Shown: positions 1 through 10,190 of the stretch, piece by piece
Layout: the number at the start of each line of letters is the position of its first letter
How positions within the stretch are numbered: the stretch's first letter is position 1
From: an uncultured Candidatus Rokubacteria bacterium
Lineage (GTDB): Bacteria > Methylomirabilota > Methylomirabilia > Rokubacteriales > DASRDR01
DNA: 64,000 nt
Direction of reading: 5' to 3'
Assembly: GCA_963826115.1 (NCBI GenBank)
Contig: CAWGVS010000005.1
Location: 1,248,001 to 1,312,000 of the forward strand
Notes under the pieces: model-generated
What the model saw: the letters and a program-made list of their open reading frames with translations, nothing else
Databases searched by the model: none
Told to the model about the DNA's origin: nothing
Made by a program: the position numbers and the translations under genes

Positions 1-762
1 CCGGAACCCCCAGGTCGCCTCCAGCCGCTCGCGGAAGGCGCGGTTGTCGAGACCGGCCTCGCCGCCGAACAGCCCGAGCTGGAGGCCGAGCGAGCGGGGC
101 TCGCGTCCCATCTCCTCGCGCAGCACCTTCTCCAGGAGCGCCGGATAGGAGGGCGTGCAGTGGATGCCGGTGATGCCGAGCTCGCCGATCGTCTCCAGGA
201 GCTTCCGGGTGTTGCCGACGCCGAACGGCACCGCGGTGGCGCCGCTTGCCTCGATGATCATGTGGTCCGTCACGCCCCCGGCCCACAGCTGGTAGTTGAG
301 GCAGTGCACGATGCGCATGCCCGGGCGGGCGCCGGCGCAGAACAGCGAGCGCCCGCCGAGCCGCGTGACCACCTCGACGTCCTTCTGGGCGAAGGCGACG
401 TTCAGCGAGCGGCCGGTGGTGCCGGAGGTGCGGTGGAGCCGCACCACGCGCTCGGGCCCGCAGGCGACGTAGTCGCCGTACGGCGGCGCAACCTCCTGGG
501 AGGCCCGGATCTCCTCCTTGTCGGTGAGCGGGAGCTCCCGCAGAGCGTCGAGCGTCAGCCGCCGGTCCACGGCGCCACCCAGCTTCCGGCGGTAGAAGGC
601 CGAGCTCGTCCGCACGAAGTCCCACTGGTCCCGCCACAGGCGCTCCTGGAGGGGAGCGAGCGCCTCGGGCGCGGTGGTCTCGATCTCGGGATGGAGGAAC
701 GGGCCGTTCAGGTGAGCCTCTGGGCGTGTCCGCGCACGCCCCAACGGTAGGTCGGCCCCCAC
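1..762 (-). CDS. Phenylacetate--CoA ligase (PaaK)-like adenylate-forming enzyme, 3' end beyond the window edge
   Basis: Minus-strand reading LRELPLTDKEEIR...VVRLHRTSGTTGRSL (AMP-binding loop)...HCTPSYP...GLFGGEAG. Not in the ORF track because it runs off the edge. Start is GTG 762 or TTG 744. Confidence 0.8.
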   Translation of the reverse strand, partial: MGADLPLGRARTRPEAHLNGPFLHPEIETTAPEALAPLQERLWRDQWDFVRTSSAFYRRKLGGAVDRRLTLDALRELPLTDKEEIRASQEVAPPYGDYVACGPERVVRLHRTSGTTGRSLNVAFAQKDVEVVTRLGGRSLFCAGARPGMRIVHCLNYQLWAGGVTDHMIIEASGATAVPFGVGNTRKLLETIGELGITGIHCTPSYPALLEKVLREEMGREPRSLGLQLGLFGGEAGLDNRAFRERLEATWGFR

Positions 763-854
763 ACCCCGTCAAGGACGGAGCCGCCTCCCCGAGGCCTCGC
801 CGTTCCGATGCGAGCCGGTCGCCCGCCGCGGATGCGGTAGCCTGGAATCACGCC

Positions 855-2165
855 ATGCCCCCATCGCAACCGCAGGTCGTCGTCGTGGGAGGCGGCTTCG
901 GCGGGCTGTACGCCGCGCGGGCCCTCCGCGGCGTGCCCGTCCGCGTCACGATCGTGGACCGGCGCAACCACCACCTCTTCCAGCCGCTCCTCTACCAGGT
1001 GGCCACCGCCGCGCTGAACCCCGCCGACATCGCCGCGCCGATCCGCAGCGTCTTTCGCGGCCGTTCGAACGTCTCGGTCGTCCTCGCGGAGGCGGTCGCG
1101 ATCGACGCCGCCGCACGGACCGTCCGGCTCGCCGACGGCGAGCTTCGGTACGACTTCCTGGTGCTGGCGACGGGCGCCACCCACGCCTACTTCGGCCACG
1201 ACGAGTGGGCCACGCTCGCGCCGGGCCTGAAGAGCATCGAGGACGCGCTGGAGATCCGGCGCCGCGTGCTTCTCGCCTACGAGATGGCGGAGCGGGAGGA
1301 AGACGCCGAGCGGCGCCGGCAGTGGATGACGTTCGTGATCATCGGCGGCGGGCCCACGGGTGTGGAGCTGGCCGGCGCGCTCGCCGAGATCTCGCGTCAG
1401 GCCCTGTCGCGGGAGTTCCAGCACATCGACCCGAGTCAGGCGCGCATCATCCTGGTCGAGGGTGTCTCGCGCGTCCTTCCCCCGTATCCCGCCGAGCTCT
1501 CCGCCAAGGCGCGACGCCAGCTCGAACGGCTCGGCGTCGACGTGTGGACCGGCGTGCGCGTGACGGGGATCGACGCCGCCGGCGTGACCCTCGGCCAGGA
1601 GCGGATCCTCGCGCGCACGGTCGTCTGGGCGGCGGGCGTGGCGGCCTCGCCGCTCGCCCGGAGCCTCGGGGTCCCGCTCGATCGCGCCGGCCGGGTCCTC
1701 GTCGAGCCCACGCTCGCCGTGCCCGGCCACCCGGAGGTCTTCGTGATCGGCGACCTGGCGTCGCTGTCGCAGGACGGCGCGCCCGTCCCCGGGGTCGCGC
1801 CGGCCGCGATCCAGATGGGCCGGCACGCGGCCCTCAACGTCCGCCTGGCCGTCGCCGGGCAGCCGCCACGGCCGTTCCGCTACCGCGACAAGGGCAGCTT
1901 CGCGACGATCGGGCGCGGCAAGGCGGTGGGCGAGGTCGCCGGCGGCCTCCGGCTATCGGGGTTCCCCGCGTGGGTGGCGTGGCTCGCCATCCACATCTTC
2001 TTCCTGATCGGCTTTCGGAACCGCGTCCTGGTGATCTTCCAGTGGGCCTACTCGTACGTGACCTTCCGCCGCGGCGCCCGCCTGATCACCGGCCCGCCGC
2101 CCCCACCCCTCCGGCGTCCTGACGCCGCCGGCGATCGATCTACGGGATCCGCCCCGGCCGCCTAA
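855..2165 (+). CDS. ndh: Type II NADH:quinone oxidoreductase (NDH-2)
   Basis: GGGFGG FAD motif, HLFQPLLYQVATA, GGGPTGVELAG, VFVIGD, AAIQMG, C-terminal WLAIHIFFLIGFRNR. ATG at 855. Confidence 0.92.
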   Translation: MPPSQPQVVVVGGGFGGLYAARALRGVPVRVTIVDRRNHHLFQPLLYQVATAALNPADIAAPIRSVFRGRSNVSVVLAEAVAIDAAARTVRLADGELRYDFLVLATGATHAYFGHDEWATLAPGLKSIEDALEIRRRVLLAYEMAEREEDAERRRQWMTFVIIGGGPTGVELAGALAEISRQALSREFQHIDPSQARIILVEGVSRVLPPYPAELSAKARRQLERLGVDVWTGVRVTGIDAAGVTLGQERILARTVVWAAGVAASPLARSLGVPLDRAGRVLVEPTLAVPGHPEVFVIGDLASLSQDGAPVPGVAPAAIQMGRHAALNVRLAVAGQPPRPFRYRDKGSFATIGRGKAVGEVAGGLRLSGFPAWVAWLAIHIFFLIGFRNRVLVIFQWAYSYVTFRRGARLITGPPPPPLRRPDAAGDRSTGSAPAA

Positions 2166-2183
2166 GGCGATCCGCCCCAGCCG

Positions 2184-2939
2184 TCAGGCGATCCGGATAA
2201 TGCCCGGCTCGACGGTCTCGAACCGCCGGGCGACCTCCGGATCGTGACCGGCCACGATCCGCTCGCGCGAGCCCGCCAGCTGCTGGATGGTCTCGAAGCC
2301 GGCCAGCATCTCGGGCAGGCTCGTGATGATCTGGACGGGCTGGAAGCGCTCCACGTTCCGGTAGAAGTGGGACGCGTCGGAGGTCAGCACGATCCGTCCC
2401 TTCGCCGTCTGGACCGACACGATCTGGAGGCCCGCAGTGTGGCCGCCCAGCCGGTGGACATGGAGGCCCGGGAGGATCTCCTGGTCGCCCTTCAGCAGCC
2501 GGACGCGGTTCGCGTAGTTGAGGCGCACCAGCTCGGCCAGCGCGGCGGGCTGGGCCGACATCCGGTATGCGTCGTAGCGGGCCACGGGGCCGGTCCAGAA
2601 CGCCACCTCCTCCTGCTGGATCCAGAACTCGGCGCCGGGGAAGTGACCATAGCCGGCCCAGTGGTCCCAGTGGAGGTGCGTGATGATGGCCGTCGGGATG
2701 TCCTCCGCCCGGACGCCCAGGCGCGCGACCATCGCGGCCGGGCTCACGTAGCCCCGCACCCCACGGGCGGCCGCGTCCTCCTCCGCGAATCCCGTGTCGA
2801 CGAGGACGGGATGCGGTCCCCCGAGGATCAGCCAGACGAAGAAGTCGAGCGTGATCCGCTCGTGCGACGGCTCGCGGTAGAAGAACTCGCAGGCGGTGGT
2901 GTCCCGCTCGCCGCACTTCAACGCATAGACCTGGTACAT
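2184..2939 (-). CDS. Metallo-beta-lactamase-fold N-acyl-homoserine-lactonase-like hydrolase
   Basis: LVDTG, THLHWDH (HxHxDH), GGHTAG, SDA, AGHDP. Confidence 0.85.
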   Translation of the reverse strand: MYQVYALKCGERDTTACEFFYREPSHERITLDFFVWLILGGPHPVLVDTGFAEEDAAARGVRGYVSPAAMVARLGVRAEDIPTAIITHLHWDHWAGYGHFPGAEFWIQQEEVAFWTGPVARYDAYRMSAQPAALAELVRLNYANRVRLLKGDQEILPGLHVHRLGGHTAGLQIVSVQTAKGRIVLTSDASHFYRNVERFQPVQIITSLPEMLAGFETIQQLAGSRERIVAGHDPEVARRFETVEPGIIRIA

Positions 2940-2987
2940 GCGCCCTCCACCCGAAGGGAGTCGGCCCGCATCGGGCCGCGGCTCAGT

Positions 2988-3506
2988 CTACCGCGTGAGC
3001 CAGTTGAGAAATCGACTCGGGAGGAGCGGTGCGGACGAGGCGGCCCCGTCGGCGCGACCGGCGGCAGCCGCGGGTGCGGCAGAGCGCGATCGGATCACGG
3101 GCGGGATTGGATACACCGCGCGCGTCGAGGCGGCCACGACGTACACGCGCAGATTGTTGGACTCGGGATCGGCGGGGATCAGGAAGAAGCCCGTCGGGTC
3201 CTCCATCGGGCTGTCGGCCGCGCCGACCATCACCTCGCCGTCTCGGAACCGGACCTCGACGTGAGGACCGGACAGTCCTCCCCCGGTGGGGAATTTCTGC
3301 GCATCTTGCCGGGCAGGATTCCCGACGAGATCCCTGACGAAGAACACGGCCTTCAGGTCCGAGACCAGCACCGCGACCGACGGACCGGTTGCCGACGGCT
3401 GCTCGAAAACGTGAAATCGTCGCTGGGACGGTCCGAAGTCGAACGTGTAGCCTTTGACGAGCCGTCCGTCGGCGTAGCGGGCGACCACCTTGCGGTGCCC
3501 TGTCAT
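2988..3506 (-). CDS. DUF6982-like protein (two small beta-barrel repeats)
   Basis: KVVARYADGRLVKGYTFDF...LKAVFFVRD...VEVRFRDGEVMVG...GFFLIPADPESNNLRVYV. RBS GGAGGGG upstream. Confidence 0.7.
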   Translation of the reverse strand: MTGHRKVVARYADGRLVKGYTFDFGPSQRRFHVFEQPSATGPSVAVLVSDLKAVFFVRDLVGNPARQDAQKFPTGGGLSGPHVEVRFRDGEVMVGAADSPMEDPTGFFLIPADPESNNLRVYVVAASTRAVYPIPPVIRSRSAAPAAAAGRADGAASSAPLLPSRFLNWLTR

Positions 3507-3584
3507 CGAGTCCCCTCCGGTCTGGACCAGCGTCTGGATGTACCGGGACTATCGCCCGGGCGAACCTCCAGCACCACAGGGAGT

Positions 3585-3600
3585 AGCAACCTCCGTGCCA
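3585..3600 (-). promoter_or_regulatory. sigma54 (-24/-12) promoter of the DUF6982-like gene
   Basis: Minus strand TGGCACGGAGGTTGCT matches the TGGCACG-N4-TTGCW consensus exactly, ~80 nt upstream of ATG 3506. Confidence 0.8.
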
Positions 3601-3656
3601 TGGATCCGCGCATCTTGCCGGTCATGGAACCGCCCGAAATCGATAGACCCCCGCCC

Positions 3657-3686
3657 TTGCGGCCCCCGATCGGCCCCGGTTAGATT
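3657..3686 (+). promoter_or_regulatory. Putative sigma70 promoter of ABC module 1
   Basis: TTGCGG-N18-TAGATT, 10 nt before ATG 3697. Confidence 0.5.
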
Positions 3687-3696
3687 GCTCCCGGCC

Positions 3697-4554
3697 ATGG
3701 ATGCTCGTCCCGCTGGGTCGCGGCGCCGCCGCGCCGGGCTCGCCGCGTGTGTCATGTTGTCCGTGCTGGGAGCCATGGCTGTCCTGGCCCCCTGGATCAG
3801 TCCGCAGGATCCACTCGCCCAGAGCCTGCCGGACCGGTTCCTCTCGCCGACCCTCGCCCACCCCTTCGGCACCGACGAGTTCGGACGGGACATCCTGAGC
3901 CGGGTGATCCACGGCGCGCGCATCTCGCTCCTCACGGGCGCCGTCGCGGTGCTGATCGGCGGCGCCGTCGGCGTGCCGCTCGGCCTCGTGGGCGGGTTCG
4001 CAGGCGGACTCGTCGAGGCCGCGATCATGCGGGTGCTCGACTTCGTCCTGGCGGTGCCGGCGATCCTCCTTGCCATGGTGATCATCGCGATCCTCGGCCC
4101 GGGGTCGTTCAACGCCATGCTGGCGGTCGGCGTGGTCAGCATCCCCTCGTTCGCCCGCCTCACGCGCGCCAGCACCCTCACGCTCAAGGAGCGCGAGTTC
4201 GTCGTCGCGACGCGCGCGCTCGGGGTCGGCCCCGCGTACCTGATGTTTCGCACGATCCTGCTGAACGCGCTCACGCCGATCGTCGTCCAGGCGGCGGTCA
4301 CCGCCGCCGTGGCGATGCTCCTCGAGGCGGCGCTCTCCTTCCTCGGACTCGGGACCCAGCCCCCCGCGCCCTCATGGGGCTCCATGCTGAACACGGGCCG
4401 CTCGTTCCTCCACCAGGCGCCGTGGTACGGCCTCTTCCCGGGCGCGGTCATCACGCTCACGGTCCTCTCGCTGAACGCCCTGTCCGACACGCTTCAGACG
4501 ATCGTCGACCGCGGCGGGGCCGGCCGCGCGGCCGATGCGGAGCGCACCGCCTGA
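3697..4554 (+). CDS. Peptide/nickel ABC transporter permease (DppC/OppC family)
   Basis: HPFGTDEFGRDILSRVIHGARISL, EAA-like loop, LSFLGLG..PP.PSWG. Confidence 0.92.
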   Translation: MDARPAGSRRRRAGLAACVMLSVLGAMAVLAPWISPQDPLAQSLPDRFLSPTLAHPFGTDEFGRDILSRVIHGARISLLTGAVAVLIGGAVGVPLGLVGGFAGGLVEAAIMRVLDFVLAVPAILLAMVIIAILGPGSFNAMLAVGVVSIPSFARLTRASTLTLKEREFVVATRALGVGPAYLMFRTILLNALTPIVVQAAVTAAVAMLLEAALSFLGLGTQPPAPSWGSMLNTGRSFLHQAPWYGLFPGAVITLTVLSLNALSDTLQTIVDRGGAGRAADAERTA

Positions 4555-5498
4555 TGGCTCGCTACGTCCTGTCCCGCCTGGTCCAGCTCCTGCCGGTGCT
4601 GTTCCTGGCGTCGGTGGGCGTGTTCCTCATGATCTACCTGATTCCGGGCGACCCGACGATCGCGCTCCTCGGCGCGGACGTGACGCCCGAGCAACTGGCT
4701 CGAGCCCGGGTGGCCATGGGGCTCGACCGCCCTCTTCCGGTGCAGTACGCGCTGTGGCTCGGCCGGGTTGTCCGGGGCAATCTCGGGGTCTCCTACCTGA
4801 ACGGCCTCCCGGTGACGACCATGCTGGCGCAGCGCATCCCGGTGACGCTGCAGCTGACCTTGGCCTCTCTTGTCGTGGCGCTCGCCATCGCCGCGCCGCT
4901 CGGCATCGTGTCGGCCGTCCGCCCCCGGTCGTGGATCGCCCGCTGGATCACGGGCTACAATGCCCTCGCGATGGCGGTCCCGACCTTCTGGCTCGGCATC
5001 CTCCTGGTCCTCTGCTTCGGGCTCTGGCTCCGCTGGCTCCCAACGTCGGGGTACGTGCCCTTCTGGCAGGAGCCCGGGCGGGCGCTGCGCTTCCTGATCC
5101 TCCCGGCCTTCACCCTGGGAGCGTACGTGTCGGCCGTGCTCGCGCGCTTCACGCGCGCGGCGCTCCTCGAGACGCTCTACCAGGACTACGTCCGAACCGC
5201 CCGGGCGAAGGGGCTGGGCGAGCGGCCGGTCGTCGGCGTGCACGCCCTCCGGAACGCGCTCCTCCCGGTCGTGACCGTCGTCGGCCTCCAGTTCGGGGCC
5301 TTCATGGGCGGCGCGGTCATCACCGAGGCCATCTTCGACTACCCCGGCCTCGGACGGATGCTGCTCCAGGCGATCCTCACGCGCGACTACACCGTCGTGC
5401 AGGGAACAATCCTGTTCGTCGTGGTCGCCTTCGTCGTCATCAACCTGATCACCGACCTGGCCTACGCGCTCCTCGATCCCCGGATCCGCTACTCGTGA
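4554..5498 (+). CDS. Peptide/nickel ABC transporter permease (DppB/OppB family)
   Basis: IPGDP, GLDRPLPVQY, DYVRTARAKGL, HALRNA, LLDPRIRY. ATG overlaps the upstream TGA. Confidence 0.92.
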   Translation: MARYVLSRLVQLLPVLFLASVGVFLMIYLIPGDPTIALLGADVTPEQLARARVAMGLDRPLPVQYALWLGRVVRGNLGVSYLNGLPVTTMLAQRIPVTLQLTLASLVVALAIAAPLGIVSAVRPRSWIARWITGYNALAMAVPTFWLGILLVLCFGLWLRWLPTSGYVPFWQEPGRALRFLILPAFTLGAYVSAVLARFTRAALLETLYQDYVRTARAKGLGERPVVGVHALRNALLPVVTVVGLQFGAFMGGAVITEAIFDYPGLGRMLLQAILTRDYTVVQGTILFVVVAFVVINLITDLAYALLDPRIRYS

Positions 5499-5520
5499 GC
5501 CTCCACAGGAAGGAGACGCC

Positions 5521-7053
5521 ATGACCCGAGCCCGCGATCTCAGCCGCCGCCGCTTCCTCGAGGGTCTTGCCGCCGGCACCGTCGTCGGCACCGGCTTCCT
5601 CGCCGCCGCGCGCCGCGCGGCCGCCAAGAAGCGCGGCGGCACGCTGACCGTCGGCATGCCGAACGACTGGAACACCTTCGACCCGCACAACCTCGCCTTC
5701 GCCAACTTCACGCTCCAGCAGAACCTCTACGACACGCTCACCCGCTACGACCAGACCCTGAAGCCTCTGCCCGGCCTCGCCGAGCGCTGGACGGTGGCCC
5801 CCGACGGCCAGTCGGTCACCCTGACCCTCCGCAAGGGCGTGAAGTTCCACAGCGGAAAGGACATGGTGGCCGCCGACGTCGTGAAGAACTTCGAGAAGGC
5901 GGCCGACAAGGACCGCGGGATCAACATGTACCCCGCGGTGACCAACGTGGCCGAGGTCACGGCGCCCGACGCCGGGACCGTCCTCGTCAAGTTCAAGAAG
6001 GTCTCGCCCGAGGTGTTCGACCTCCTCCAGGCCATGGCGATCATCGAGCCGTCCGCCATGGACTCGCTGAAGAACCGCGGGAGCGGCACCGGGCCCTTCA
6101 AGTTCGTCGAGTGGGTGCCGGGCGATCACACGACCCTCGAGCGCCACACGGCCTACTGGGGCCAGGGCGCGCCGTGGGCGGACCGCGTGATCTTCAAGGT
6201 CTTCGGCGACTCGGACGCGATGGTGGCGGCGCTCCAGTCCGGGATCTGCGACCTGATCATCGCGGTCCCGCCCAAGGACACCGCCCGCCTGGCCAAGGAG
6301 TTCTCGATGGTCCGGGGCACCCCGGGCGCCCTCACCTACGAGGTCCGCATCAACGGCGCCAAGCCGCCCTTCGACAAGAAGGAGGCGCGCCAGGCGCTTC
6401 ACTACGCCATCGACCGCCAGGGCATCGTGAACAACGTGCTGTTCGGCGTGAGCGAGCCGACGGTGCTCCCGTTCAGCCGGAACTCGCCGGCGTTCGACCG
6501 CTCGACCCTGGCCAAGTACCCCTTCGACCTCAAGCGCGCGAAGGAGATGCTCGAGAAGGCCGGCGTGGTCAACGGCAAGGCGGAGTGCCTGACCCTGCCG
6601 CAGTTCCCCGAGCTGCCCGCGATCTCCCAGGTGCTCAAGGCGGACCTGGCGAAGATCGGCTTCACGCTCGACATCGTCGTCCTGGACTCGACGCTCTACT
6701 ACAAGCGGATGCTGGGCGGTGACTTCCAGGTCTGCCCGTCCTTCTCGGGGAACACCCAGAAGTACCCGACGCGGGTCGCGCTCAACAGCATCTACCGCCC
6801 GGCCAACAACCCCGTGTGGGGCAACGAGGTGCCGAGGGCGTACCTCGACGCTCTGAACGAGGCCAACGGCACCACCGACCCCGCCAAGCAGAAGGCGGCC
6901 TTCGCGAAGCTGAACACCGCGATCCTCGACGAGGCGTGGGTGCTCTCGATCGCCTACCGGCAGAGCGTGTTCGGGCTGGCCAAGCACGTCGACGGATTCG
7001 CGTACACCGTCGACGACATGGCCGTCCTCGAGAACGTGAGCGTGGAGAAGTAG
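5521..7053 (+). CDS. ABC substrate-binding protein, family 5, Tat signal
   Basis: SRRRFL twin-arginine signal, LRKGVKFHSG, GTGPFKF. RBS AGGAG. Confidence 0.92.
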   Translation: MTRARDLSRRRFLEGLAAGTVVGTGFLAAARRAAAKKRGGTLTVGMPNDWNTFDPHNLAFANFTLQQNLYDTLTRYDQTLKPLPGLAERWTVAPDGQSVTLTLRKGVKFHSGKDMVAADVVKNFEKAADKDRGINMYPAVTNVAEVTAPDAGTVLVKFKKVSPEVFDLLQAMAIIEPSAMDSLKNRGSGTGPFKFVEWVPGDHTTLERHTAYWGQGAPWADRVIFKVFGDSDAMVAALQSGICDLIIAVPPKDTARLAKEFSMVRGTPGALTYEVRINGAKPPFDKKEARQALHYAIDRQGIVNNVLFGVSEPTVLPFSRNSPAFDRSTLAKYPFDLKRAKEMLEKAGVVNGKAECLTLPQFPELPAISQVLKADLAKIGFTLDIVVLDSTLYYKRMLGGDFQVCPSFSGNTQKYPTRVALNSIYRPANNPVWGNEVPRAYLDALNEANGTTDPAKQKAAFAKLNTAILDEAWVLSIAYRQSVFGLAKHVDGFAYTVDDMAVLENVSVEK

Positions 7054-7103
7054 GAGCGCCGGTGCCCCTGGTCAGCACCACGCGATCCGGATCGGCGGCG
7101 TAG

Positions 7104-8652
7104 ATGTCCACCGCGTCGCCGGTCCGGATCGCGATCGGGCAGTTCATGGAGGAGTCGAACACCTTCGTCCGCCAGCGGGCGGACCTCGAGCACTTCCGCG
7201 CCACCCAGCTCCTCTACGGCGAGGAGGTCGTCGCGCGCCTCCGCGGCACCCGGGCGGAGGTCGGCGGATTCCTCGACGTGCTCGGCCCCGCCGGCGTCGA
7301 CGTGATCCCGACGGTCGCGGCGAACGCGGTGTCGTCGGGTCCCGTGACCCGGGCGACGTTCGACCACGTGCGGGACGCCCTCCTCGAGCGGCTCGCCGCG
7401 GCGGGGCGGGTCGACGGCGTCCTCCTCGCGCTCCACGGCGCGATGGTCCTCGAGGACGCGCCGGACGGAGAGGGCGAGCTCCTCGCCGCGGTGCGGAAGG
7501 CGGTAGGTCCCGCCGTTCCCGTCGTGGCGACGCTCGACCTCCACGCCACGATCACGGCCCGCATGGTGCAGGAGGCCGACGCCCTCGTCGGCTACGACAC
7601 CTACCCGCACATCGACCTCTACGAGACCGGCGCGAAGGCGGCGGCGCTCATCCTGCGGGCCATCCGCCGCGAGGTGCGCCCGGTCACCCTGTTCGCGCGC
7701 GCCCCGATGCTGGTGCCGGCCGAGGGCCAGGGCACCGAGGACCAGCCGATGGCCGGCCTGATGGCCGAGGCCAAGCGCCTCCAGGCGCGGCCCGGCGTCC
7801 TCGCCGTCTCCCTGTTCCCCGTCCAGCCCTGGCTCGACATCCCCGCCACCGGCTTCTCGGTCATGGCGGTCGCCGACGGGCTCCGCCGCGCCGCCGAGAT
7901 CGAGCCGATGATCCGCCAGCTCGCCTGGCAGGCCTGGGAGCGACGCAAGGCGTTCGCGGCCGACCTCCTGACGGTGGACGAGGCCATCAGCCGGGCGCTC
8001 GCGGGCGACGGCCGCCCTTACGTCCTCTCCGAGTCGGCGGACAGCACGGGGTCCGGCTCGCCCGGCGACAGCGCGCACGTGCTCGAGCGCCTCCTTGCCC
8101 TCGGAGTCCGCGAGCGGTGCCTCGTCACGGTCGTGGACGCGCCCGCCGTGGCGCGCGCGATCGCCGCCGGAGTCGGCGCCGACGTGACGACCACCGTCGG
8201 CGGCACGCTCGACCCTCGGTACAACCGGGCGGTACCGCTCACGGGGCGGGTCCGCATCCTCTCCGACGGCCGCTTCATCTCGTCGGACAAGAAGACGCTC
8301 GGTGTCGAGTTCCAGATGGGGCGCGCGGCGGTGATCGAGGTCGGGCCGGATCGCCGTCCTGGCCACCGAGCGCCCGGCGTTCACCTTCGACCCCGCGCTC
8401 TACCGCTCGGTCGGCCTCGAGCCGCGGGACGCGAAGATCGTGGTGGTCAAGTCGCCGCTCCAGTTCCGGGACGGGTACGGTCCGTTCGCCCGCGCCTGCT
8501 GGGTCGTGGACACGCCGGGTCCCAGCACCGCGCGGGTCGAGCGCCTCGAGTGGCGCCATCGCGCGCGGCCCCTCTACCCCTTCGACGACGACTTCGAGCC
8601 CGAGATCCCCGCCGTCATCGGGCCGGGCCGCGGCGCCGCGGACCGCACGTGA
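7104..8652 (+). CDS. M81 metallopeptidase (MlrC-like), frameshifted near 8345
   Basis: QFMEESNTF, LALHGAM, TLDLHA, YDTYPHID, DSTGSGSPGD. After VIEVG the C-terminus (RIAVLATERPAFTFDP...IVVVKS...VDTPG...RPLYPFD) continues in another frame to TGA 8652. Confidence 0.85.
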
Positions 8653-9008
8653 GCGGCCCGCGCCAACCGACGGCCATCTTCCGGTGGAGCGGCACTTTCT
8701 GGGGCTTTCTCGAGCACGATCGCCTGTACGACCGCTATGGCCGGCAGGCTGGCTGGACCGAGCCGAGCCCGGGGCGAATGCCCGACGTCTTCGACCTCTC
8801 CGGGCGCTTCCTCGGCGAGCTCTTCGACCGGCACTACGTGATGCGCCACACGCTGCGCGAGGAGCCCGTCCACCGCACCCCCCGCGTGGCAACGACCCAT
8901 CCCGCGCCGGTCGACCCGGTGCCGGCCCGCGACCCGCGGACGCCGCTCGACGACTGGAGCGACGCCCTGCCCTGGCCGCTCTCGCCGCCGGACCCGCCGG
9001 CGCGCTGA
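8649..9008 (+). CDS. Small hypothetical protein with repeated [FY]D/RxxG beta-hairpins (4-fold beta-flower-like) and Pro-rich tail
   Basis: GTG overlaps the MlrC stop. IFRWSGTFWGF, LYDRYGRQAGW, VFDLSGRFLGE, then a Pro-rich C-terminus. Confidence 0.6.
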   Translation: MSGPRQPTAIFRWSGTFWGFLEHDRLYDRYGRQAGWTEPSPGRMPDVFDLSGRFLGELFDRHYVMRHTLREEPVHRTPRVATTHPAPVDPVPARDPRTPLDDWSDALPWPLSPPDPPAR

Positions 9009-9031
9009 GCAGACCGATCGGCACGGCCGTC

Positions 9032-9720
9032 GTGGGTCACGCTCAGATCCGGCGGTCGCGCGGCGGCCGGTCCCCACGTCGTGGGACCGGCGCGTGGACC
9101 GTCTCCGCCGTCGTCGCCACGTGTCTCTTCGGATCGGGCGTCGCGTGGCCCGCGACGTTCCGGGTCGACCAGGCGCGGACGCGCCTCGCGGTCCACGTCT
9201 TCCGGGACGGCTTCGGCAGCCGGCTCGCCCATGACCACGTCGTCGAGGCCGCCGAGGTGACGGGACGCGTCGACTATGACCCCGCGCGCCCCGAGGCCAG
9301 CGCGATCGTGATCGAGGCCCAGACCGCCACGCTCCGGGTCGACGAGCCCGCCTCGCGCCGCCGCCTGGGCGTGGAGGGCGACCTCTCCGACAGCCAGCGC
9401 GCCGACGTGGCCAAGGCCATGCGCGCGCCCGATCAGCTCGACGTCGAGCGGCACCCGACGATCCGCTTCGCGTCGACCCGAGTCGTCGGCGATGGCGAGG
9501 GCCAGCTTCGGGTGACCGGGCAGCTCACCCTCCGGGGCGTGACGCGGGAGCTCACCTTCCCGGCGACGGTGGCGCTCGAATCCGGCGGGGTCCGCGCCCG
9601 CGCGACCCTGACCTTCCTCCAGTCCGCTTTCGGGTACCGCCCCTACAGCGCGCTCCTCGGCGCGATCCGGAACAAGGACGAGGTCACGCTCCACGTGGAC
9701 TCTGCGCGGCGACGCCGTGA
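9032..9720 (+). CDS. YceI family lipid/polyisoprenoid-binding protein, probable 1-nt error near the 3' end
   Basis: Signal-like N-terminus, LAHDHVV, QLDVERHPTIRFAST, VTGQLTLRGVTREL, FLQSAFG. The expected stop TGA 9718-9720 is out of frame by one base. Confidence 0.75.
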
Positions 9721-10169
9721 GCACGGACGGCGCCAGGGACCCCCGCGACGTGTCGGCGCCGAGGTCGCCGGACCAGTGGCGAGGTTTCGGCCAGGGCTAC
9801 CTCCCGGGGCTCATCGGCATCGAGTTCGTCGACGTGGCGCGCGGCCGAGTCACGAGCCGCCTGACGGTCCGTCAGGAGCTCCTTGCCCCCAACGGGTATC
9901 TCCACGCCGCCACCGTCATCGCGCTGGCCGACTCCTCGTGCGGGTACGGGACGATCGCGAGCCTGCCGGAGGGCGCCCGGGGCTTCACGACGATCGAGCT
10001 GAAGTCGAACTTCCTCGGTACCGTGCTCGAGGGCGGCGTCGCCTGCGAAGCGACGCTGGCTCACGGCGGGCGCACGACCCAGGTCTGGGACGCGCGCGTG
10101 ACCGCGGAAGCCACGGGCAAGGTGATCGCGCTCTTCCGCTGCACCCAGATCCTGCTCTACCCGCCCTGA
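9717..10169 (+). CDS. PaaI family hotdog thioesterase
   Basis: APNGYLHAATVIALADSSCG, TTIELKSNFL, HGGRTTQVWDA. Confidence 0.9.
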   Translation: MSTDGARDPRDVSAPRSPDQWRGFGQGYLPGLIGIEFVDVARGRVTSRLTVRQELLAPNGYLHAATVIALADSSCGYGTIASLPEGARGFTTIELKSNFLGTVLEGGVACEATLAHGGRTTQVWDARVTAEATGKVIALFRCTQILLYPP

Positions 10170-10190
10170 CGATCCGGCGCGCCGCGCCCG

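Noticed and set aside
7104-8652. Microcystin degradation (mlr) cluster
   Set aside because: Only an MlrC-family member is present, with no mlrA, mlrB or mlrD
7104-9008. 634-aa MlrC fusion protein in the ORF track
   Set aside because: Artefact of the frameshift near 8345, which reads into the separate gene at 8649
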